Positions 1 through 9,466 of a DNA stretch of 62,530 nt are shown here, piece after piece. The notes under the pieces were generated by a model that saw only the letters and a program-made list of their open reading frames with translations, was not told the DNA's origin and made no database searches. Numbering within the stretch: position 1 is the first letter of the stretch; every line of letters begins with the position of its first letter. Source of the stretch: a virus (taxonomy: Duplodnaviria; Caudoviricetes); the IMG/VR virus record IMGVR_UViG_3300044691_000381, positions 1-62,530 of that record. One strand, given 5' to 3'. The position numbers and the translations under genes are program-made.

Positions 1-127
1 TTCACCGGGGCGAGTGAGCCAAATCATAGCCAACGAATCCTCGAAGCTTCGCGCTCACCTGAAAGTGGCGTAAGGAACTTAGGAGTTCCCATGTTTCTAT
101 CCGCACAAGACCTCGTATTCTTCGGGC
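1..127. repeat. Terminal direct repeat, identical to 62404-62530 (circularisation overlap)
   Basis: Exact 127-nt identity of both ends; it cuts through the sigma-factor gene, which is continuous across the join. Confidence 0.97.
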
Positions 128-228
128 TGATCTGCTTCGTACTCGGCATGCTCCCTCCCATCGCTTACAACCTGAGATCCAAGCCGAAGCGTGATGAGCG
201 TGGGCGATTCAAAAAGATTGCAAAATGA
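91..228 (+). CDS. Small single-TM protein (45 aa)
   Basis: Read by hand: MFLSAQDLVFFGLICFVLGMLPPIAYNLRSKPKRDERGRFKKIAK; AGGAG SD at 81-85; ATGA overlap with terS. Confidence 0.7.
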   Translation: MFLSAQDLVFFGLICFVLGMLPPIAYNLRSKPKRDERGRFKKIAK

Positions 229-701
229 ATGACTTTGGTGCAAAGGTCAAGGCGGCAGAGCGTGAGGCCAAAGCGAAATCCAAGCCTTCTCAGAACAGAA
301 AGCGCACCGTCCCGAAGAATGCATGGAAAAAAGGGCAACCCGGCAACCCTGAAACGGTGTGGCAACCCGGTCAGAGTGGCAACCCTGGAGGCCGACCCAA
401 GAAGACGCCAATCACCGATGCGATGCGGGCGTATCTTCTGCTGCCGTATGACGGCAAGGATAAGAAATATAAGGGGTTGAGCAACGCCGATGTGTTAGCT
501 ATCCGACAGTTTGAGTTGGTCATAGAAGACGGTGACATGAGTGCGGCGAAAGAGATTGCCGATCGCGTAGAGGGTAAGGTTCCGCAGAGGCAGGAGCATG
601 GTGGGCCAGACGGAGGGGCAATCCCCTTCGTGAACGTCAGCCCGGCGGAGAACGAGAAGCGCATCATGGAGCTGATGGCGAGAACTGGCGGCGGGCAGTA
701 A
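225..701 (+). CDS. terS: Terminase small subunit (DUF5681-like)
   Basis: WKKGQPGNP / WQPGQSGNPGGRPK motifs, DRVEGK, C-terminal GPDGGAI; upstream of TerL. Confidence 0.85.
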   Translation: MNDFGAKVKAAEREAKAKSKPSQNRKRTVPKNAWKKGQPGNPETVWQPGQSGNPGGRPKKTPITDAMRAYLLLPYDGKDKKYKGLSNADVLAIRQFELVIEDGDMSAAKEIADRVEGKVPQRQEHGGPDGGAIPFVNVSPAENEKRIMELMARTGGGQ

Positions 702-740
702 TCGTGTGCAATACACACATCACCCGTGTACACTGCACAC

Positions 741-1058
741 ATGGGCTACGAATCAGTCAAAGCATGGGTTTGCGACGTTTGTGGGCATCGCTGGATTGCT
801 GGCGAGATTGTTCCAACGCACTGCGCATCGAGCAAGTGCCGCAGCCGTAAGTGGGATAGTAGTTCGGATCAGGCGATCGAGCAGGCACCACCTGAAGCAG
901 TTGGCGTTCAAATCCACATGCCCCAAGGAACGCTGATCGCATCACGTATGAGAGCGCACGATCGCAAGACCTGCCGAGTATACAAATGCGGTCTTTGCGC
1001 AGCTATTGGGAGTGAGGATGTCGTCTGCGCAGATCGATCTATCCGGCCTCACCGATGA
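741..1058 (+). CDS. Small zinc-finger protein
   Basis: CDVCGHRW..PTHCASSKCRSRKW and a second HxxxxCxxxxCxxC cluster. Confidence 0.65.
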   Translation: MGYESVKAWVCDVCGHRWIAGEIVPTHCASSKCRSRKWDSSSDQAIEQAPPEAVGVQIHMPQGTLIASRMRAHDRKTCRVYKCGLCAAIGSEDVVCADRSIRPHR

Positions 1059-2829
1059 AGAGAAGGCAGAACTTCGATGGAGGCTGGAGGAGCGCGAGCG
1101 GTACGCGGCGGCAACGGAGCAAGAGCAGCAAAAGATTCGGGAGACGGCGCGGCTGCAGGCTGACTTCACCGCCTTCGTCAAAGCCGCATGGCCGATCCTT
1201 GACCCGGGTAATACTCTTTCGTGGTCGTGGCACTACAACCTGATTGCGGAGTACCTGACGCTGGCGGCGGAGAAGAAGTGTCGGCGGCTGATCATCAACA
1301 TCCCGCCCCGGACACTCAAGTCCATCCTCATCACGGTGATGTTTCCGGTTTGGGTGTGGACGCGGTCGCCGCAAGCGTCGTTTGCTTGTGCCTCGTACGC
1401 CGACAAGCTCTCAACAGAGCACTCGGTAAAGCGTCGGCGGTTGATTGAGTCGGACTGGTTTCGCGGGCTATGGGGGGATCGGATCTGGCTGCAGAAGGAC
1501 CAGAACGAGAAGACTAAGTTTCAGAACAACTACCAGGCGCAGATGATTGCGACCTCGGTAGGCGGCACGGCAACCGGTCTAGGTGGTAACTTCCTCATCG
1601 TCGACGATGGATTGAAGCCGGATGAGGCAGTATCCGAGGCGGCGGTCACGGCGCTGCATGGGTGGTTCGATAACACCTGGCGATCACGGCTCAACAACCC
1701 GGCAGAAGATGTGATGATCATCGTCGAGCAGCGCATCGGGGAGCTGGACCTTACCGGCCACTGCGCCTCGGTCGACAAGGACCTTGTAGCAAAAGGGGAG
1801 AAGCCGCAATGGACCGTGCTTTGCATCCCCATGGAGGCGGATGAAGAGGCGGTCGATAAGAACACGCTGATGCAGCGGTTTGTCTTCCCCGTCTCGGGGA
1901 TGATCAAAGACCGGCCGCTGGGGGATGTGCTGCAGCCCAACCGGTTCCCGCCTGAGGTTGTGGCGGCATGGAAGATTCTGAGGATTACCTGGGCGACACA
2001 GTACCAGGGTAGGCCGTCACCGCTTGAAGGCAACATGATCAAGCGCAGCGACGTGATGTACTACGGCGGCCGCGATCCTGACACTGGGGATGCAGACGAA
2101 AGACTTCCAGAGAAGTTCGACCTCATCCTGACCAGCGTCGACGCAGCATTCAAAGACCTCAAGACGAGCGATTACGTCTGCGTGGGAACCATCGGAGTCA
2201 AAGGCCGAAAGCGGTACATTCTCGAGGTCGTCAACAAGCACCTCGACGCACCGGCAACGGAGACTGAGGCGCGGCGCCAGCGGGAGAAGTACAAGAGTTC
2301 TGCTGTTCTGATCGAGGACAAAGCCAACGGCTCCGCAGTCATCAAGAGCATGCGGCGCAATGTCTCAGGCGTGGTTCCGATCGAGCCTGAGGGTGGAAAG
2401 ATTTCCCGCTTCTTCGCGATGTGCGGGGAGTGGCAGGCGCACGACTGGTACCTGGACCGTACAGCAGCATGGGAAGACCAGACAGTAACACAGCTCACCA
2501 AGTTCCCTGGCGTCAAGAACGATGACATAGCTGACATGATTTCGCAGGCGGCAATATACCTGCGATCACACACCTCTGGCTTCCTCGCGTTGTGGAAGAA
2601 GGAAGTTGCAGAGTACAAGTTTGAGCCTAAGACGTTAGAGGCTGCCCAGATGGAGTCCTCCTCGACGTGGCAGGAGAAGACGGCACAAAAGCCGTTGGCG
2701 CCGAACTCTGAAGTTCCGAAGATTCAAGACGTCGCTGAGTGCCATGGATGTGGGAACAAGTATTTGAGCAAGGGCGCTGACGGCTACTGGAAATGCAATG
2801 TGTGTGGGAGGAGTTCGACGGATGCCTAA
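1018..2829 (+). CDS. terL: Terminase large subunit
   Basis: Walker A variant NIPPRTLKS, Walker B LIVDD, GGTATGLGG, RNase H-like SVDAAFKD, IEDKANG, NDDIAD; extra C-terminal CxxC..CxxC ribbon. Confidence 0.95.
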   Translation: MSSAQIDLSGLTDEEKAELRWRLEERERYAAATEQEQQKIRETARLQADFTAFVKAAWPILDPGNTLSWSWHYNLIAEYLTLAAEKKCRRLIINIPPRTLKSILITVMFPVWVWTRSPQASFACASYADKLSTEHSVKRRRLIESDWFRGLWGDRIWLQKDQNEKTKFQNNYQAQMIATSVGGTATGLGGNFLIVDDGLKPDEAVSEAAVTALHGWFDNTWRSRLNNPAEDVMIIVEQRIGELDLTGHCASVDKDLVAKGEKPQWTVLCIPMEADEEAVDKNTLMQRFVFPVSGMIKDRPLGDVLQPNRFPPEVVAAWKILRITWATQYQGRPSPLEGNMIKRSDVMYYGGRDPDTGDADERLPEKFDLILTSVDAAFKDLKTSDYVCVGTIGVKGRKRYILEVVNKHLDAPATETEARRQREKYKSSAVLIEDKANGSAVIKSMRRNVSGVVPIEPEGGKISRFFAMCGEWQAHDWYLDRTAAWEDQTVTQLTKFPGVKNDDIADMISQAAIYLRSHTSGFLALWKKEVAEYKFEPKTLEAAQMESSSTWQEKTAQKPLAPNSEVPKIQDVAECHGCGNKYLSKGADGYWKCNVCGRSSTDA

Positions 2830-3166
2830 CCTGCTAAAGACAATCCGCAACATCATTCGCCTCGCGTTTCAACTGTGCTCGCTCTGGTTGGAGCGTCGGC
2901 GCAATAAGGCTGTGGGCCTAGCTAATAAGTTGATCGTCCACTACCTCTACCGCGTGACCGGGAAAGAGAAGTGCCCGGCGTGCGGATCCAGAGCGAAGCA
3001 CGAGTATAAGTTCAACCCGGCATATCGGGCGGTGATTCATCGCTGCAAGGTATGCGTCGCAGAGTGGGGACAGAAGCCCCTTGTGATTGCGGACCAGTGG
3101 ATGCTTGTACCGCAGCAGCAACAGCCACAAACGCCGCGCGGGCCGGTGGGACACTACGATGCCTGA
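2822..3166 (+). CDS. Hypothetical Zn-ribbon protein
   Basis: CPACG...CKVC; overlaps terL stop. Confidence 0.6.
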   Translation: MPNLLKTIRNIIRLAFQLCSLWLERRRNKAVGLANKLIVHYLYRVTGKEKCPACGSRAKHEYKFNPAYRAVIHRCKVCVAEWGQKPLVIADQWMLVPQQQQPQTPRGPVGHYDA

Positions 3167-3276
3167 CTCCGCCGAGGATGGCAGCTAAAGTTTGAAGTTG
3201 ATCCCGCAAGTAGTCTTGGCGCGGGTACGGCCTGACGCTGGCAATAGCGTTGCTCCAACCGAAAGCGGAGCGAATC

Positions 3277-3579
3277 ATGAGAACACGTTGCAAGTTTCAG
3301 GTAGTCGGCGTAGAAGTCGTCAATCACGCACTTGGCGAGAACATCGAAAAGCCCGCAACGGAGCCGGGTGGTTACAAGTCGTACGAGTTCAAGCCCAGCG
3401 GTAAATTCGCACAGAACGTGCGTTTGGCCGCCGTCTACAACCCCGAAAGCGCGGAGGATGTCAGCTTCGCAGCTGCGACTCCAAGCGGAGAAGTGAAGAT
3501 CTACGTAAGCAACCCGGCGGTTGTCGGCACGTTCAAGCCCGGCGATTACTATTACGTTGACCTGATTCCCTGCGAATAG
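3277..3579 (+). CDS. Conserved phage hypothetical protein
   Basis: MRTRCKFQV...FAAATPSGEVKIYVSNPA...FKPGDYYYVDL; GGAG SD. Confidence 0.75.
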   Translation: MRTRCKFQVVGVEVVNHALGENIEKPATEPGGYKSYEFKPSGKFAQNVRLAAVYNPESAEDVSFAAATPSGEVKIYVSNPAVVGTFKPGDYYYVDLIPCE

Positions 3580-3605
3580 CGCCAGCAACCGGACCACTAA
3601 ACGTC

Positions 3606-3642
3606 AAAAAAGGTCGTTCCTTCGGGGGCGGCCTTTTTGTTT
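3606..3642 (+). terminator. Intrinsic terminator, probably bidirectional
   Basis: A6-GGTCGTTCC-TTCG-GGGGCGGCC-T5GT3, with a cUUCGg loop. Confidence 0.8.
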
Positions 3643-3654
3643 GAACAGGTGAAC

Positions 3655-5169
3655 ATGGCAGATTTCAGCGCGGGCAAGACGACATTGACGCCTTTCCGCG
3701 CTGGCGGATCGGGGGTAACCTCTGCAGGTTGGTTCTCACCTCTCCAGCCTCTGACGCCGGTGGCACCGCAAGGCACTCTCCCGCGGCAGTACCCCTACCC
3801 ATGGGGAGCGAACTACGACTGGACGCCGCGGTCGAATGAGCCGATCGGCTTCGACATCCTCCGGACGGTCGCTGACCCTGCGCTGGGTGGCTGGGATCTA
3901 CTCAGAAACGCCATAGAGCGCCGCAAGGACATCATGTGCGGGCATGAGTGGGAGATTCGGAAGAAGACGGAGCCTGGAGACACCAAGGGACGGCGGGCGG
4001 CGAAGAACGACAAGACGGCGGCCGAGCTCAACAAGTTCTTTCAGAAGCCGGACGGCATCAGGACGCATCGCCAGTGGATGCGGATGATTCTTGAGGACCG
4101 TTATGTCATCGATGCCGTTGCCGTCTACAACCAGAAGGAAGGCATCAAGGGCACGGTTGAGAAGGTAGAGAAAGGCGTCAAGCATAAGCAGGTGATTCAA
4201 CAGGGAAAAATCTCCCGCTTCATGGTGCTGGCCGGGGACACGATTACACGCTGCCTGGACATTCAGGGGCTCACCCCTCAACCGCCCGCAGTGGCTTACC
4301 AGCAGATAACCTACGGTTCGGTCTCGAACGACTTCACCACAAACGACCTGATTTACGTGATGTCGAATGAGCGGGCCAACCGCCGGTACGGATTCTCAAA
4401 GGTTGAGCAGGTCCTGAACACGATCACCTTGGGCCTCAGCCGGCAGCAGTTCCAGCGGGACTACTACAAAGAGGGCAACATCCCGCAAGCTCTGGCGTTC
4501 CTTGACCCTATGGTGACGCCGGATCAGATCACAGAGCATCAGAACGCCTTTGACGCGCGCTTCTCGGGGAACATCAAGGCCAAGTCTCACCTGACATTCT
4601 TGCCGGGCACCAAAGACGGTAAGCCTTCGATCATCTTCCCGAAAGAGGTTTTGCTCAAAGATGAGCTTGATGTCTGGCTGATGCAGATTGTCTGCGCAAC
4701 GTTCGGCGTGAGCGCCCAGCCGTTCCAGAAGCAGATGAACCGGGCCTCTTCCGAGGAAGCCAACGACGCCTCGCAGGAGCAGTCAGTCGAGCCAGAGCTT
4801 CGGGAGAACGAAGACCTTCTCAACTCGATGATTGCAGCCCTTGGTTATGGGGACGATTACGAATTTGCCTACCAGCAGCACCGGGAAGCCGATGTACTGA
4901 AGCAGGCCCAGGCCGACAACCTCCGCGTCGGCAAGTCAGAGACGATGAATGAGCAGCGCGAAGCGAGAGGCTTGGATCCAAGGCCGGAGCCGGAAGCGGA
5001 CATGCTTGGCGTCTTCTCCCAAACCATGGGATTTATCCCGCTAGGAGTGAACCCCAATGCAGATGCAAGCGATAGCGAAACCGACAAGCCTGACGCTGAA
5101 GCCGGGAAAGCTGGGGACGCCAAAAAGCCAGCCGGAAAAGGAAAAACTGAGAAAGTAGGCGAGAAATGA
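3655..5169 (+). CDS. Portal protein
   Basis: About 500 aa after terL; AYQQI, YGFSKVEQ, YYKEGNIP, IVCATFGVS portal-like motifs. Confidence 0.9.
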   Translation: MADFSAGKTTLTPFRAGGSGVTSAGWFSPLQPLTPVAPQGTLPRQYPYPWGANYDWTPRSNEPIGFDILRTVADPALGGWDLLRNAIERRKDIMCGHEWEIRKKTEPGDTKGRRAAKNDKTAAELNKFFQKPDGIRTHRQWMRMILEDRYVIDAVAVYNQKEGIKGTVEKVEKGVKHKQVIQQGKISRFMVLAGDTITRCLDIQGLTPQPPAVAYQQITYGSVSNDFTTNDLIYVMSNERANRRYGFSKVEQVLNTITLGLSRQQFQRDYYKEGNIPQALAFLDPMVTPDQITEHQNAFDARFSGNIKAKSHLTFLPGTKDGKPSIIFPKEVLLKDELDVWLMQIVCATFGVSAQPFQKQMNRASSEEANDASQEQSVEPELRENEDLLNSMIAALGYGDDYEFAYQQHREADVLKQAQADNLRVGKSETMNEQREARGLDPRPEPEADMLGVFSQTMGFIPLGVNPNADASDSETDKPDAEAGKAGDAKKPAGKGKTEKVGEK

Positions 5170-5447
5170 TCATCAACATCGGTTCGACTGTCAACAATGC
5201 GAGCATCTATGGGCCAGATAGCCCGTTTCCCGTGGACACGGTGATAGTGCCAGAGCCGGGAGAAGTAACTGGTTCGCGGTATAGGTTCGGCCTGAGCAGC
5301 GCAGACACGGCAGCGATGCTGCGGAAGCTCGCGGACGACATCGAGAGCAAGGCCGTCAGCATCCAGTCCACGGCCAAGTCGTACGAGCATTCAATCGAAG
5401 ACTTTGAACTGACCAGGCTGACGGTCGTTTACGGTGAGCCGCGATGA
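5166..5447 (+). CDS. Hypothetical protein
   Basis: ATGA-coupled to portal and to the next ORF. Confidence 0.6.
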   Translation: MIINIGSTVNNASIYGPDSPFPVDTVIVPEPGEVTGSRYRFGLSSADTAAMLRKLADDIESKAVSIQSTAKSYEHSIEDFELTRLTVVYGEPR

Positions 5448-5707
5448 ACGACGATCTACGCCAGCACCAGTACGACGCCCTCCGCAATGAGGACACCGCG
5501 CCATTCATCCGGAAGTACCTCCGAAAGCAGTTGCACGACAACCAAGGCGGTTCACTGGGCCACGAGATTGAGCAGAGGCGCACATACCCACAAGGGGAGT
5601 CCACCATACGGCGGTCCCCTAAGCCTCTCAAGCCTGCGCACCTTAGCGGGCGGCAGTTTGCGAAGCTGCGGAAGCAGGCGCAGAAGATTGTCAGAGCAAG
5701 TTCCTAA
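5444..5707 (+). CDS. Hypothetical basic protein
   Basis: ATGA-coupled ORF. Confidence 0.55.
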   Translation: MNDDLRQHQYDALRNEDTAPFIRKYLRKQLHDNQGGSLGHEIEQRRTYPQGESTIRRSPKPLKPAHLSGRQFAKLRKQAQKIVRASS

Positions 5708-5710
5708 ATT

Positions 5711-5857
5711 TGTGCGGCGGCGTGGATGGACACGCTGGGTAGGAAAGTCCCTGCGAGCGGTCTGCCGTCTTCCCGACGCAATTGCAGTTGATCGCGCAAA
5801 CGCGCTTTACGCATATCGGGCGACTCGCATAGCTGGTATCAAGCCCAGCCCGCACAA
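5711..5857 (+). ncRNA. tRNA-like structured RNA with expanded anticodon region
   Basis: 7-bp acceptor TGTGCGG/CCGCACA, D-like arm GCGTG-GATGGA-CACGC, T-like arm GCTGG-TATCAAGC-CCAGC, about 95-nt internal insert; no encoded CCA. Confidence 0.6.
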
Positions 5858-5870
5858 TTAGGTTGCCAAA

Positions 5871-5898
5871 GGGCCGGGTTGCCTCGGCCCCTCTTTTT
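5871..5898 (+). terminator. Intrinsic terminator
   Basis: GGGCCGGG-TTGC-CTCGGCCC followed by CTCTTTTT. Confidence 0.7.
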
Positions 5899-5977
5899 AC
5901 CCCTATGAAACATAGATTCGACCCTGACCCCGAAGACGGCGCGGACGCCCTGCGCTGGTGGAACGAAAGGCTGCCCG

Positions 5978-7720
5978 ATGAAACTTCTGAAGTTCAGCCA
6001 ACTGGCGAAGGTGGACGAGACGACCCACACCGTGGGGGGAATTGCAACCTCGGAAACCCCAGATAAGACCGGAGAGATCGCAGACTACAAAGCTTCGAAG
6101 AAGGCCTATCAGACTTGGTCTGCGGGGTTCAAGAAGACCACCGAGACTTCAGGGCAGGAAGAGTCTCTTGGCAACATCCGCAAGCAGCACACCCTTGAAG
6201 TTGCAGGGAAGACCATCGCGATCGACTACAACGATGCGGAGAAAACCATCTCCCTCGACACCACGCCAATCGATGACGTGATGTGGGAACAGATCAAGAA
6301 AGGCTTCTACACCGGCTTCTCGCACGGCGGAGATTACGCCTGGCGCCGTTGCGCTGAGTGCGAAACCGACATCCCTCAAGGAAACAACTGTCCATCCTGC
6401 AAGAAACAGGTCTACGTCCGATACGCGCCGATTCTCGCAGAGGTCAGCTATGTGGACAACGGCTGCAACCCGGACGCGACCTTCGCCTATGTGAAAGCGG
6501 ACGGAACTACCGAAATGCGGAAGTTTCAAGGAGCAGCTATGGAACAACTCAACATCCCCGAACTCGCCAAGCAGGTTGTGGCCGAGATGAAGAAGAACGA
6601 GCCGAAGTTCAAGAAGTTCGCCGGGGAAAGTCTCCCCTCCTCTGCCTTTCTGGTTGTCGGCAACGCCGATGACGCAGCAACGTGGAGCTACCCGGTGGAG
6701 TTCAGCGATCAGAAGGTGGCGAAGGCTCATGTCCGCTACGCGCTCTCGCAGAAGCTGGACAAGGCCGCTGCTGACCGCGTGGACGGGCTGGCGAAGAAGC
6801 ATGGACTCGACCCCGAGAAAGAGCGTGAGGGATTCGAGAAGGGCCGCGTCGCCTTGCACAACGCCATCCTGAAGACCATGGCCGGGAGCCTTGCGAAGAA
6901 CCTCTGGACCGTGGGGGATCTGGCCAACATCATCCAGACGCTCGCCTGGATGCACCAGGGCGTGGTCTACGAAGAGTTCTACGAAGAGGATTTGAAGTCA
7001 AAGTTGCCCGATAAGTTGCAGGGCAACATTGAGGATTTGATTCAGACCTTCCTCGCGATGGCTGAAGAAGAGACAGCAGAGCTTGCCGCTGCAATGACGG
7101 AACACAAGGAGACGATGCTTATGAGCACCACAGCAACCATGACCAAAGCGGCAAGCCCCGAACTCACGGAGCTCAAGAAACAGGCCGACGCACTGAACGC
7201 ACAAATCGCAATCTTGATGAAGGGCAAGAGCCCCGAAGGAGTCAAGGACAACGGAGAAGCTGGCGACGGCGAGCCTGAGTCCATCGACCCCATCAAGGAC
7301 CCCAAGCTGACCGGCAAGGCTGCCAAGGCTGAGACGGTTGACATCGCTGGGATGGTAAAGGCCGGTATCGAAGCCGGTCTGTCTGAGATCGTCAAGGCGC
7401 TCACCAAGGCCGCTGACGAGGACGACGACCATGTCAAGGGCTGCAAGTGCGACAAGTGCAAGGACGACAAGGCTGAGAAGGTGACCAAGGGCGTCGGCGA
7501 TCGCACCGCGGCTTCCAATGGCGCGTTCTTCGTTGGCTCTGCACCGGTGACCAAAGCGCAGGACGTGACCGGCGTTGTCGATACTCCTGTAGCCATCACC
7601 CCAGAGCTGATGGTGAAGGCGCGCAACGGCGATCCTGAAGCTGTCCGCGCACTCGCCAAGTCCGCACCCCCGACTACCGCAATCCCGACCACGCTTCAGG
7701 GAATGTTCGCCCCGCGCTAA
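5978..7720 (+). CDS. Prohead protease-scaffold fusion
   Basis: HK97-like protease N-terminus (GIATSETPDKTGE, RKQH, GFYTGFSHGG, EVSYVD) plus helical charged C-terminus; precedes capsid. Confidence 0.85.
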   Translation: MKLLKFSQLAKVDETTHTVGGIATSETPDKTGEIADYKASKKAYQTWSAGFKKTTETSGQEESLGNIRKQHTLEVAGKTIAIDYNDAEKTISLDTTPIDDVMWEQIKKGFYTGFSHGGDYAWRRCAECETDIPQGNNCPSCKKQVYVRYAPILAEVSYVDNGCNPDATFAYVKADGTTEMRKFQGAAMEQLNIPELAKQVVAEMKKNEPKFKKFAGESLPSSAFLVVGNADDAATWSYPVEFSDQKVAKAHVRYALSQKLDKAAADRVDGLAKKHGLDPEKEREGFEKGRVALHNAILKTMAGSLAKNLWTVGDLANIIQTLAWMHQGVVYEEFYEEDLKSKLPDKLQGNIEDLIQTFLAMAEEETAELAAAMTEHKETMLMSTTATMTKAASPELTELKKQADALNAQIAILMKGKSPEGVKDNGEAGDGEPESIDPIKDPKLTGKAAKAETVDIAGMVKAGIEAGLSEIVKALTKAADEDDDHVKGCKCDKCKDDKAEKVTKGVGDRTAASNGAFFVGSAPVTKAQDVTGVVDTPVAITPELMVKARNGDPEAVRALAKSAPPTTAIPTTLQGMFAPR

Positions 7721-7791
7721 ACCCTCCCCATCCCCCCGTCTCCTGCCGAGACCACAAAAAACATCACGCCGAACAGGCAGGAGACACCACC

Positions 7792-9363
7792 ATGAGCATG
7801 ACCGCCGACCTCCAGAACCTTGTGAAGGCGCTGCGCAAGGATGGCCCCACAACGGGCATCAGCAGCTCCTCAGACCTCAACTTCTACTACCTCGAACAGT
7901 GGGCGAAGGCGACCTACCCGGTCTTCTTCCCGCTGCTCGAGTCCACCCCCCGCGTCCACAACGAGTACAACGGCACTCGCGTGGGCGGGCCCGGCGTGAA
8001 CTGGAAGCAGATCACCTCGCTCAACATGCCAGGATCCGCGAGCGTGCCCGAAGGCAAGCGTGCCCCGTACATGGGGATGACCACGAAGAACATGTACACT
8101 CCGTTCCGCTTCCTGGGCGCGGAGAACTTTGTCACCTTCGTGGCGCAGGCTGAAGGTCTGGGCTTTGACGACAACCTCCGTCTCGCTCAGAACTCCGAAC
8201 TGCACGGGCTGCTGACGCAGGAAGAGAAACTTCTTCTGTATGGCAACTCCGGAACGGGAGCCGGCGGGAATGGCTACCAACTGGGAACGACCCCGACCCC
8301 GACTGCGACACTCACCGCTGCGGCCACCGGCATCACTGGAACCCCCACCATCGCCCTGTTCTGCGTTGCGTTGACTCCCTACGGAGCGGTGCAGGCGAAT
8401 ACCATCGGCGTGGCGCTGCCCTCGACCTTGACCGGCGCGGACAGTTCCACATTCACCCAAAACGGCGGCACGGCGGCTATCTCGGCCGTTTCGAACACGG
8501 TCACCATCTCAGCCGGCAATCGCGCTGTGACGGGGGCAGTCGCGGCCATTTCTGGCGCGGTGGCTTATGCCTGGTACGTCAACTCGACGGACACCACAAC
8601 GGCAAACGCGATCTTCTACGGCGTCACTTCGGTGAACTCTGTAGTGGTCACGTCTCTGCCAACCGTTCCGGCCGCTTCTCAGACGTTGGTAGGTTCCATC
8701 TACTACGCCGGAAAAGCCAATGGCGCGGGCGCAGGGAATCTGACCACCGACAACTCGGCCAATCCGCTTGATCCTGATGGCATTTTGACATCGGCTTTCG
8801 CGAACGCCGGGAACACCTCTGGTTTCGCAAGCTACGTCAAGGATCTTGGCGGCGCTGCGCTGACCGGGGACGGCACGGGCGGCATCGTTGAGTTCGACGC
8901 GGCGATTTACTCGGTGTGGAAGCAGTACAAGGCCAGCTTCAACTGCATCTACGCGGCTTCGAATCTGGCGCAGTCGATTGTGACCGCGACTCAGGTTCCC
9001 GGTGCAAACGGTGCGCAGCGCGTGACGTTCGAGACCGACAAGCAGGGCAGCATCACTGCCGGTTCGTTCGTCAACGGCTACCGCTCGAAGTTCTCGACGT
9101 CGCTCGAGCAGAAGCCGATTCCGGTCAAGTATCACCCCTACCTGCCGGATGGTGTGGTGCTGTTCGACATCACCGAAAACCCGTACCCCGCTGCCGGAAC
9201 AACCATTCCCGCAGTGCGGCGTGTTGTGACCCTGGAAGACCACTTTTCCATCAAGTGGCCCTACCGTGGGCTGCAGCATGAGTTCGGGGTGTACTCGTTC
9301 CTGGGCTTCCAGCATTATCTGCCCTGGACGATTGCGGTTCTGACCGGCGTCAAGGGTCAGTAA
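7792..9363 (+). CDS. Major capsid protein with Thr/Ala-rich inserted domain
   Basis: Strong SD, position after scaffold, strongly biased codons, followed by hairpins. Confidence 0.85.
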   Translation: MSMTADLQNLVKALRKDGPTTGISSSSDLNFYYLEQWAKATYPVFFPLLESTPRVHNEYNGTRVGGPGVNWKQITSLNMPGSASVPEGKRAPYMGMTTKNMYTPFRFLGAENFVTFVAQAEGLGFDDNLRLAQNSELHGLLTQEEKLLLYGNSGTGAGGNGYQLGTTPTPTATLTAAATGITGTPTIALFCVALTPYGAVQANTIGVALPSTLTGADSSTFTQNGGTAAISAVSNTVTISAGNRAVTGAVAAISGAVAYAWYVNSTDTTTANAIFYGVTSVNSVVVTSLPTVPAASQTLVGSIYYAGKANGAGAGNLTTDNSANPLDPDGILTSAFANAGNTSGFASYVKDLGGAALTGDGTGGIVEFDAAIYSVWKQYKASFNCIYAASNLAQSIVTATQVPGANGAQRVTFETDKQGSITAGSFVNGYRSKFSTSLEQKPIPVKYHPYLPDGVVLFDITENPYPAAGTTIPAVRRVVTLEDHFSIKWPYRGLQHEFGVYSFLGFQHYLPWTIAVLTGVKGQ

Positions 9364-9368
9364 AAGAT

Positions 9369-9425
9369 GCTCCCGTAAGGGGGCTTTCAAAGGGGAGGTC
9401 TTGGTGGCAGGACCTTGGCCTCCCC
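9369..9425 (+). terminator. Hairpin(s) after the capsid gene
   Basis: GCTCCC-GTAA-GGGGGC-TTT and GGGGAGGTC...GGCCTCCCC inverted repeats. Confidence 0.55.
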
Positions 9426-9466
9426 AATGAATTTTCAGCAGTAAGACAACTATTCAGGCGGTGCCC

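Noticed and set aside
1-127. Physical direct terminal repeat of the virion DNA
   Set aside because: 127 nt equals a common assembler k-mer and the repeat falls mid-gene, so it is best read as circular overlap
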